64,000 nt of DNA from Ignavibacteriaceae bacterium (GTDB taxonomy: Bacteria > Bacteroidota > Ignavibacteria > Ignavibacteriales > Ignavibacteriaceae): positions 10,663-74,662 of the forward strand of contig JADLAF010000022.1 of NCBI GenBank assembly GCA_020848375.1, given 5' to 3'. Every line of letters starts with the position of its first letter. Positions within the stretch are counted from its first letter, which is position 1. Of this stretch, positions 57,364-64,000 are shown in pieces. Below the pieces are notes generated by a model. That model had not been told where the DNA came from. It searched no databases and was given only the letters and a program-made list of their open reading frames with translations. The position numbers were made by a program, and so were the translations under genes.

Positions 57364-59277
57364 TTAATTCTTATTTGTTAGTAAAATACCGTTAAAACCA
57401 GCTATTACAATTTTATTGCCTTCAACAACTGCTGCGCGGTTAAGTGAATAGTAGTTTCCGCTCGAAGAAGTTGACCAGGTAACTCCGCCGTCCTGGGTTT
57501 CAAGAATCTCACCTTTGTTTCCCGTAATAAACCCGTTTTCGTCATCAACAAAGAGCACTGAAACCAGCCCTGAGTTTGTCTTTGATTCAACTGAGAGCCA
57601 GTTTTCACCACCGTCAGTCGTACGGTAAATTTCACCGCCTGCGGCAACAACAATTACTTTGTCGCTTCCGGTAAAAAGCACATCCCTGAAGTATTTATCG
57701 GTAAAGGCACTTAACTGCCTCCAGGTATAACCTCCGTCTGTTGTCTTGATTATCGTCCCATTCCACCCCACAGCCATACCGTTACGGGCATCGTGAAAGT
57801 GAATTGAGTATAGCAAGCTTTGAGTGGGAGTAACCACCTTTGTCCAGGAAAGTCCATTATCACTTGTCCTAACCATTACCCCCTTACTTCCAACCGCGTA
57901 ACCCTCACCATTTCCAAGAAAGAAAATTCTAAAGATGGTTTCTTCAACTCCGGTCGGGACGGGCAGCCAGGTCACGCCATCATCCGCGCTCTTATACATT
58001 TTCCCTCCTTCCGCTGAAACAAAAATTGAAGACACTCCATTATACCGGATATCGTAAAAATTTACCGAGTCAGGCGGTGAAATTTTTTCCCATACGCTTC
58101 CGCCGTCTGTAGACTTAACAATAATACCCGCATCACCTACGGCGTAGCCAAGTCCGTAATTAATAAACGTAATGCTATTAAGGTTCGATGTGATGCCTGA
58201 ACTAAGGGAAATCCATGAACTTCTTGGTTTAAAAGATGGATTGTTTGAGTATCCAGAATCCGTGGTATCAACTTCACCCGCCCTTTGTTTGGTTATTGAC
58301 GGCCAGAAATCTGATATTGCTGAGAACAAAACATAGCCCAAACCTCCAAAGAGCCCGAGAATAAGAATAGTCACAAAAAACACCCTGATTTTATGGGCAC
58401 TTTCATTTTTTTCTTTAGCAGGTTTTGCTGATTGCTGAGCGGGCTGGGATCGAGCAAGGTTATATTTACTTGTGACCTCATCAATTTCCGAAATAAACTC
58501 ATCGCAATCACGGTAGCGTTTTATTTGATTTTTATCAATTGACTTACTGACAATCCTGTCAACCTCAGGCGGGATAGTTGTTATACTGGCAGATACACGC
58601 TGCGGAACTTTCTTAAGATGTGCCTCCATGATTTCATATTCAGTACCAAAATCAAAAGGAGTTTTGCCTACAAGCATTTCATAAAGTGTGATACCTATGG
58701 AGTAGATATCACTTTGCCGTGTTGGTTCTTCAGCTTTGATCTGCTCAGGACTCATATAGAGGATTGTCCCGATCTTTGTTCCAGTCTTGGTTATCCCCTT
58801 TTCAGCGATAGATTTAGATATACCAAAGTCCATTATTTTAACCACACCTTCACGGTTAATAATAATATTCGATGGTTTAATATCACGATGAATAAATCCC
58901 CTCGAATGTGCATACCCCACACCGGCACAAATTTGTTTGGCTATACTCAGAGCATCAAAGGGCTCCAGCCGCTTCTTTCTGATAACCAAACGTTCGAGAG
59001 TTTCACCCTCGACAAACTCCATTGCGATTCCAAGTATTCCGTTCTGATCTGTAAATCCGTAAACGGGCACAATATTTGGGTGATTAAGTTTGGCCTGATT
59101 CCGGGCTTCCCTTTTAAATCTCTCAATAAATTGCGGGTTGTTTACGGCCTGGGAGCCAAGGATTTTGAGTGCAACAAAACGCTCAAGTTTCATATCGAGC
59201 GCTTTGTAAACAACACCCATGCCCCCCTCGCCGAGCATTGAGATTATCTTGTAGTTCTCTATTACGCTGCCAATCAT
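57364..59277 (-). CDS. Hanks-type Ser/Thr protein kinase with extracytoplasmic Asp-box (BNR) beta-propeller
   Basis: 637 aa. Kinase motifs are GEGGMGVVYKA, HRDIKPSN, DFG and SPE. There is one TM (VFFVTILILGLFGGLGYVLF). Six Asp-boxes follow (STDGGSVW, SADDGVTW, TSDNGLSW, TTDGGYTW, TTDGGENW, TQDGGVTW). Confidence 0.85.
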   Translation of the reverse strand: MIGSVIENYKIISMLGEGGMGVVYKALDMKLERFVALKILGSQAVNNPQFIERFKREARNQAKLNHPNIVPVYGFTDQNGILGIAMEFVEGETLERLVIRKKRLEPFDALSIAKQICAGVGYAHSRGFIHRDIKPSNIIINREGVVKIMDFGISKSIAEKGITKTGTKIGTILYMSPEQIKAEEPTRQSDIYSIGITLYEMLVGKTPFDFGTEYEIMEAHLKKVPQRVSASITTIPPEVDRIVSKSIDKNQIKRYRDCDEFISEIDEVTSKYNLARSQPAQQSAKPAKEKNESAHKIRVFFVTILILGLFGGLGYVLFSAISDFWPSITKQRAGEVDTTDSGYSNNPSFKPRSSWISLSSGITSNLNSITFINYGLGYAVGDAGIIVKSTDGGSVWEKISPPDSVNFYDIRYNGVSSIFVSAEGGKMYKSADDGVTWLPVPTGVEETIFRIFFLGNGEGYAVGSKGVMVRTSDNGLSWTKVVTPTQSLLYSIHFHDARNGMAVGWNGTIIKTTDGGYTWRQLSAFTDKYFRDVLFTGSDKVIVVAAGGEIYRTTDGGENWLSVESKTNSGLVSVLFVDDENGFITGNKGEILETQDGGVTWSTSSSGNYYSLNRAAVVEGNKIVIAGFNGILLTNKN

Positions 59278-59279
59278 GG

Positions 59280-60020
59280 TTACCTGCCTGCCTGGACTTG
59301 ATTACTGATAATCACAAATGAAAAATTATCGGGTGCACCTCTCTGTTCGATCTCCTTTGTAAATTTATTAGTTATAAATTCGAGATCGCCGGGTATCAGT
59401 AATTGTTCAATTTCGTCGTTAGAGAGTACACCGCAAACACCGTCAGTACAGAGTAAAAACTTCCAGGGCTCGTTTCTCTGAACTGTAAAATAGTCATGAT
59501 CTACTTCAATATCCGGTTTGTCACCCAGTGCCCTCATTATCACGTTACGATGCGGGTGAGACTCTGCCTGTTCAGGACTAATATGACCATCATCCAGCAA
59601 GCGCTGAACGTAAGAGTGGTCCTTGGTAATCTGCGTTAGTTTGTTTTTGTAATAGAAATAAATCCTGGAATCTCCAACGTGCCCCCAAAAAGCGTAATTT
59701 TTATTAAGATAAACTGCTACTGCGGTAGTAGCCATTCCCGTGTGATCCGGGTTCCTTAAAGCACTCTCCTTTATTCTAACGTTAGAAGTCTTTATTGCGG
59801 TGTTCATTCTTGAGAGATAGTCTTCGTCATTGTTCTGAATGAAATAATCTCTGATAGTAGAAACCGCCAGCTTAGAAGCAATCTCCCCGGCATTATTACC
59901 GCCCAGTCCGTCACAAACAATGGCCAGAAGACCTTCTTCAACTTCAAAAACGTCAGCATAGTCCTCATTGCCGCTCCGCTTAAGTCCGGTTTTAGAAGTA
60001 AAGATGTAATTGATTTTCAT
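59280..60020 (-). CDS. PP2C-family Ser/Thr phosphatase (Stp-like)
   Basis: It has SKTGLKRSGNEDY, CDGLGG, GDSR and LCTDG. I prefer the Met at 60020 (MKINYIF) over the 60077 given in the ORF track. It ends 2 nt before the kinase start. Confidence 0.8.
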   Translation of the reverse strand: MKINYIFTSKTGLKRSGNEDYADVFEVEEGLLAIVCDGLGGNNAGEIASKLAVSTIRDYFIQNNDEDYLSRMNTAIKTSNVRIKESALRNPDHTGMATTAVAVYLNKNYAFWGHVGDSRIYFYYKNKLTQITKDHSYVQRLLDDGHISPEQAESHPHRNVIMRALGDKPDIEVDHDYFTVQRNEPWKFLLCTDGVCGVLSNDEIEQLLIPGDLEFITNKFTKEIEQRGAPDNFSFVIISNQVQAGR

Positions 60021-60213
60021 GAAATTCTGTTGACTTAGTTCTTGGAAATAATAAGGAACAATAACACAATTTAGCAAATATCTGACAGGTGATTAAACCG
60101 CAAACAGCTTAAAATATGAAATTTATCGGAAATTCTATGATAGATTAAAGCAAAAAAAGGAAAAAACACATAAAACCCGGGGGACTGCCTGCCATGGGTT
60201 GTTTCCCTTCCCT

Positions 60214-60245
60214 TTTGGTAAGGAGCAAAAAACTAAGTATTTTTA
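60214..60245 (+). promoter_or_regulatory. Bacteroidetes-type promoter candidate for tRNA-Leu(TAG)-tig-clpP
   Basis: TTTG (60214-60217)-N20-TATTTTTA (60238-60245) ends 22 nt before the tRNA 5' end. Confidence 0.35.
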
Positions 60246-60267
60246 AAGTTTCGCTTAAATAATTCTC

Positions 60268-60349
60268 GCGAAAGTGGCGAAATTGGCAGACGCGCCAGAC
60301 TTAGGATCTGGTGGAGAAATCCGTAGGGGTTCAAGTCCCCTCTTTCGCA
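60268..60349 (+). tRNA. tRNA-Leu (anticodon TAG), class II
   Basis: The sequence is GCGAAAGTGGCGAAATTGGCAGACGCGCCAGACTTAGGATCTGGTGGAGAAATCCGTAGGGGTTCAAGTCCCCTCTTTCGCA. The acceptor stem is GCGAAAG/CTTTCGC. The anticodon stem is CCAGA/TCTGG with loop CTTAGGA. It has a long variable arm and a GGTTCAAGTCC T-arm. Confidence 0.9.
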
Positions 60350-60375
60350 CAAAAAGTAAATCATGAAGGAAAACC

Positions 60376-61665
60376 TTGGAAACCAAATTTAATATAATCC
60401 ACGAATCTGAAAAAGAAATCGAAGTTACACTTACGCCCGAAGACTACACTGAATCGCTGAATAAAGAAGTTAAAAAACTGGAAGGCAAAATTGAAATAAA
60501 AGGTTTCAGAAAGGGAAAAGTGCCCCCGCAGGTTATTAAGAGGATGTACGGCGAATCTCTCCAGTATGAAGCTGCTGAGGAAGTAGTACAGAAATCATTC
60601 GCTGAAATTGTAAAAGGCGGCACCATCAACCCGCTCCCCGGCACACCCAGGATAGTAGATTTGAAGTTTAAACCGGCTGAAGACCTGACATATAAGGTTC
60701 GGTATGAGGTGAATCCTGAGATCGAGCTCAAACAATACAAAGGGATTGAGGTTGAAGTAGATGAGCTGGTTGTTTCCGACTCAATCTTAGCTGAAGAGTT
60801 AATTAAACTGTATGACGGTCAAAGCTCCCGGGAGCAGGTTGATACTGTTGATTCAGATGACCTGATGCTCACATTGGACATCGCAAAAGTTCTTGAAGAC
60901 GGCTCACTTGATGAGAAAGCCGGCGGTAAGAATATGGAAGTGCGTTTGAATAACCCAAATGTTAATGCCGACATCGTAGCCAACAGTCAGGGTAAAAAAG
61001 CAGGAGATGTTTTTGAGTTCAGCTTCGAAGACAAACACACCCACGATCATGAGGATGGGTCAAAAGAAGAACATACTGTCAACTTCAAATATCAGGCAGC
61101 CATTGTAAAGATAGAAAAGATTAATCCGCCTGAAAAGACTGAAGCTCTCTTTATGGAACTCAGCAATGAAGAGTGCAAAACTGAAGATGAACTGAGGGAA
61201 AAAATTAAAAAAGAACTTCAGGCCTATTATGATCAGCGGATGGAGGATCTTTATCTGAGTAAACTTGAAGAAAAAATCCTGAATGATTACCAGTTTACAC
61301 CGCCGGCTTCATTCCTCGAGCGGTATCTTAACCGTTTAATTGAAGAAGAAATTGAATACAGAAAAAAAAGAAAGATGCCTGAGGTCAAACGAAGTGACAT
61401 AGCAGCAGCGATGCGATCCAGAGCCGAGAGAGCGCTCCGCTGGTTCTTTGTGCGTGAGAACATTGTTGTTGAAGAAAATCTGGAAGTCACACCTGAGAAA
61501 GTTACTGAAGTGGCTGAAAATGTATCAAAGACAACCGGCTACCCGGTAGATATGCTTATTCAGTTCTATAGCGGAGAAAAAGGATTCGATGAAGTAAAAT
61601 CACGGATCTTTACTGACTTTCTGAAGTCTAACAATGTGAAAAAACTTGTTTCTAAAGCGATATAA
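60376..61665 (+). CDS. tig: Trigger factor
   Basis: 429 aa with a TTG start. The ribosome-binding signature is GFRKGKVP. It has N-domain, PPIase-like and C-terminal arm organisation, and it lies directly upstream of clpP. Confidence 0.85.
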   Translation: METKFNIIHESEKEIEVTLTPEDYTESLNKEVKKLEGKIEIKGFRKGKVPPQVIKRMYGESLQYEAAEEVVQKSFAEIVKGGTINPLPGTPRIVDLKFKPAEDLTYKVRYEVNPEIELKQYKGIEVEVDELVVSDSILAEELIKLYDGQSSREQVDTVDSDDLMLTLDIAKVLEDGSLDEKAGGKNMEVRLNNPNVNADIVANSQGKKAGDVFEFSFEDKHTHDHEDGSKEEHTVNFKYQAAIVKIEKINPPEKTEALFMELSNEECKTEDELREKIKKELQAYYDQRMEDLYLSKLEEKILNDYQFTPPASFLERYLNRLIEEEIEYRKKRKMPEVKRSDIAAAMRSRAERALRWFFVRENIVVEENLEVTPEKVTEVAENVSKTTGYPVDMLIQFYSGEKGFDEVKSRIFTDFLKSNNVKKLVSKAI

Positions 61666-61683
61666 TAAAGTGCCAAAAGGAAA

Positions 61684-62298
61684 ATGATGGATACGAAGAA
61701 GTTTGAAATTTTTAATCAGTTAGTTCCATACGTAATTGAACAGACCGGTCGGGGCGAACGCGGAATGGATATTTATTCACGTCTGCTCAGAGAAAGAATT
61801 ATCTTTCTTGGTTCAGCCGTTGATGATCATGTAGCAAGTTTGTTGGTTGCTCAGCTAATTTTTCTTGAAGCTGAAGACTCACAGAAAGATATACATCTGT
61901 ATATAAACTCGCCGGGAGGATCAGTTTCAGCAGGGCTGGCTATTTACGATACCATGAAATATATAAAGCCCGATGTTGCCACCATTTGCGTGGGGTTAGC
62001 GGCCAGTATGGGTGCAGTCCTTCTGGCAGGAGGCGCCGCTGGTAAGAGAACCAGTCTCCCCCATTCAAAAATTATGATACATCAGCCGTGGGTTGGCGGT
62101 CTGCAGGGACAGACTACTGATATAGAAATCCATGCAAAAGAGATGATTAAAACACGTGATACACTTTATGATATTCTGGCTGAACACACCGGAAAATCAC
62201 GGGAAGAAATTCACAAAGATTGCGATCGTGATTATTTTATGTCCGCCGATGAAGCTAAAGAATACCGCATTATAGATAATATTCTAGTCAAGCGCTAA
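61684..62298 (+). CDS. clpP: ATP-dependent Clp protease proteolytic subunit
   Basis: 204 aa. It has [21 protein letters not shown], the catalytic Ser in GLAASMGA, His in IMIHQP, and a downstream Asp. Confidence 0.95.
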   Translation: MMDTKKFEIFNQLVPYVIEQTGRGERGMDIYSRLLRERIIFLGSAVDDHVASLLVAQLIFLEAEDSQKDIHLYINSPGGSVSAGLAIYDTMKYIKPDVATICVGLAASMGAVLLAGGAAGKRTSLPHSKIMIHQPWVGGLQGQTTDIEIHAKEMIKTRDTLYDILAEHTGKSREEIHKDCDRDYFMSADEAKEYRIIDNILVKR

Positions 62299-62340
62299 GG
62301 AAGTATCAGTCAGCACAAGCATAAAAAAAACGAGTAAACT

Positions 62341-63825
62341 TTGACGAATCATATTTCCCCAAAGAGCAGAATTTTCCGTCTGCTCTTTTTTTTATCCTTA
62401 TCACCATTTGGCTTCGCACAGGAAATAATTCAGCAGGATGTGACCCCGGATGTTATTGCAAAACTACAGGAATATACCCGCAATTATTATGAACGGCGCG
62501 GAGTGCCTGGTTTAAGTTTTGCATTAAGCAAAGATGGTAACACGCTGCTTCAGGAAGTGAAAGGTTATTCAGATGTTGAGAACCAGTTGGCGGTCCAACC
62601 GAATTCACTTTTTCGCATTGCGTCTATTTCAAAACTGATTACATCTGTTGCCGTGCTGAAACTTGCTCAAGATGGAATAGTAAACCTCGATGAGGATATA
62701 AAAAAATACCTCCCTTACCTGACGAAACTTAATAACAAAGTTACTCTAAGAAGTATCCTGAGTCATACTTCCGGACTTCGTGCATACAGGTCCGGCGAGT
62801 TTAACAGTACAAAAAAATACTGGGCGACAAAAGAACTGATGGATTATTTGAAAGATGATACGCTGGAACACAAACCCGGCACAAAATATCTTTATTCAAC
62901 TCTGGCATACAACTATGCTGTAGCCGCGATTGAGTCCGCAACCGGAAAAACTTTTGATCAGATTCTTGGTGAGAAGATATTTTTGCCCGCGGGGATGAGC
63001 AATACTTTTCTTGACGAACAAGAAAAAATCATCCCATTAAGAGCAAGAGGATATATTCGGAATGACCTCCGGCAGTTGAATAATGCCCCACTTGCTGATC
63101 TTTCTATTAAGTACCCCGGTGGCGGAATGATTTCAACGGCGGGTGACCTGCTCAAATTGGGAAATGCTTTAATTGACGAGACACTGCTCACTAATGTATG
63201 GCTCGACACTTTAACAAAACCGGTAAGATTAGCGGATGGAACCTTTGCACAATATGGTTTGGGAATCAGTATTGAAACTGATTCAAAGGGGAGAAAAATA
63301 ATCTCTCACTCCGGTGGAGGCACAGGTTTTGTTTCACTTCTTCAAATGTATCCGGCGGAAAAGCTGGTGACTGTTCATCTGCTTAACATAGCCGATAGAA
63401 ACTCAGGTAGTCCGGCCAGAGATTTATCAAGGATATTCCTTGGTGACACTACTATTGTTCCTCTCAAACCAACCGCCGATACCCTTATGAGCGTATATCT
63501 GAGTTCGGGGATTCAGGAAGCAGTTAAAACATACGGAGCTATAAAGGGATCACCGTCAATGAACTTTAACCCTGACCCTGAGGAGTATAAACAGTTTGGA
63601 TATGATCTGATAAAAATTTCAAAAATAGCTGATGCAATAACCATATTTAATGATATGCTCAGGGATAACCCACAAAATAAAAGCGCATATATTGGTCTTG
63701 GGGATGCCTATTCAAAAGACAGTAATACGGGCCTTGCAATAAAAAGCTACAGGCAGGCGCTCCGGCTTGATCCGAATAATAAATATGTCCAGTCGCGGCT
63801 GAGTGTTTTAGAGAAGAAAAAGTGA
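62341..63825 (+). CDS. Serine hydrolase (class C beta-lactamase/PBP4*-like fold) with C-terminal TPR repeats
   Basis: 494 aa with a TTG start and signal peptide. It has the SxxK motif in FRIASISKLIT and a beta-lactamase-family core (SHTSGL, YSTLAY). The C-terminus is TPR-like (AYIGLGDAYSK...AIKSYRQALRLDPNN). Confidence 0.75.
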   Translation: MTNHISPKSRIFRLLFFLSLSPFGFAQEIIQQDVTPDVIAKLQEYTRNYYERRGVPGLSFALSKDGNTLLQEVKGYSDVENQLAVQPNSLFRIASISKLITSVAVLKLAQDGIVNLDEDIKKYLPYLTKLNNKVTLRSILSHTSGLRAYRSGEFNSTKKYWATKELMDYLKDDTLEHKPGTKYLYSTLAYNYAVAAIESATGKTFDQILGEKIFLPAGMSNTFLDEQEKIIPLRARGYIRNDLRQLNNAPLADLSIKYPGGGMISTAGDLLKLGNALIDETLLTNVWLDTLTKPVRLADGTFAQYGLGISIETDSKGRKIISHSGGGTGFVSLLQMYPAEKLVTVHLLNIADRNSGSPARDLSRIFLGDTTIVPLKPTADTLMSVYLSSGIQEAVKTYGAIKGSPSMNFNPDPEEYKQFGYDLIKISKIADAITIFNDMLRDNPQNKSAYIGLGDAYSKDSNTGLAIKSYRQALRLDPNNKYVQSRLSVLEKKK

Positions 63826-63850
63826 CTGCCGTCCAGGAAACTTTTAGGGG

Positions 63851-63858
63851 TAAATTTG
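63851..63858 (+). promoter_or_regulatory. Candidate -7 box (TAAATTTG) upstream of a truncated terminal ORF
   Basis: An exact TAAATTTG lies 34 nt upstream of the GTG at 63892. No clear -33 element is present. Confidence 0.25.
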
Positions 63859-63891
63859 CGTTACTCGTTTTATAAGTAAGCCAGGTTTAAA

Positions 63892-64000
63892 GTGCTCGGA
63901 ATTCGGTTCACAAAATATACCCAACCTCAGCTCGGAGGCAAAAAGTTTGAGGATCTTCTAAAGATATTCCTCCAGCTTCTCACTATTACTTCAGGCAATG
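63892..64000 (+). CDS. Possible 5' end of a CDS running off the window (product unknown)
   Basis: A GTG-initiated open frame reads VLGIRFTKYTQPQLGGKKFEDLLKIFLQLLTITSGN... to the window edge. From memory only, it resembles N-termini of some VWA/CoxE-like proteins. It is too short to verify. Confidence 0.3.
   Translation, partial: MLGIRFTKYTQPQLGGKKFEDLLKIFLQLLTITSGN

Noticed and set aside
58618-59241. 207-aa plus-strand ORF; similarly 25560-26006 (148 aa), 22564-22980 (138 aa), 37168-37548 (126 aa), 31980-32351 (123 aa) and 29960-30322 (120 aa; this one same-strand, alternate-frame)
   Set aside because: All but 29960-30322 lie entirely antisense to strongly supported genes (kinase, hydB, hydA, MoxR/DUF58, ALDH7); 29960-30322 is an alternate frame within the same-strand T9SS cargo gene. 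They have odd composition and no recognisable motifs, so they are shadow ORFs.
1-64000. Genomic island, prophage or mobile element anywhere in the window
   Set aside because: There is no integrase, transposase, recombinase, phage structural gene or plasmid gene. The two tRNA-Leu genes are not flanked by direct repeats or foreign-looking DNA. Composition appears uniform by eye.

Overview
This is a gene-dense (about 95% coding) chromosomal window of roughly 40% GC. It has no integrase, transposase, CRISPR array or recognisable defence genes. The lineage looks like the FCB superphylum, plausibly Ignavibacteria/Melioribacter-like. That is an inference from two secreted proteins ending in the NYPNPFNP-type T9SS sorting domain and from repeated TAnnTTTG -7 boxes. 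I support about 47 CDS and two tRNA-Leu genes. Housekeeping genes include PBP1A, lpxH, pyrE, clpC, floA, purB, rsmI, murA, tig and clpP. Identifiable modules: (1) a hydC-hydB-hydA trimeric [FeFe]-hydrogenase operon (22269-26545); (2) a divergent lysine-catabolism pair, lysine 6-aminotransferase plus an ALDH7-type dehydrogenase (31253-34452); (3) a TolC/MacA/ABC ATPase/two FtsX-permease efflux operon (45424-51287); (4) a PP2C phosphatase, Asp-box-propeller Ser/Thr kinase and murA array (51453-60020). The most interesting candidate for an uncharacterised system is a tightly coupled 8-gene minus-strand operon (35206-45300). It encodes a 1146-aa predicted outer-membrane barrel, a SpoIIM-like protein, a polytopic membrane protein, DUF4129-like and DUF4350-like proteins, a MoxR AAA+ ATPase, DUF58 and an RDD protein. 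Unexplained non-coding features are a 2.6-copy palindrome-containing repeat array (31005-31202) and a C14A14 homopolymer junction (19774-19801). All family assignments come from motif recognition by eye; no database search was run.
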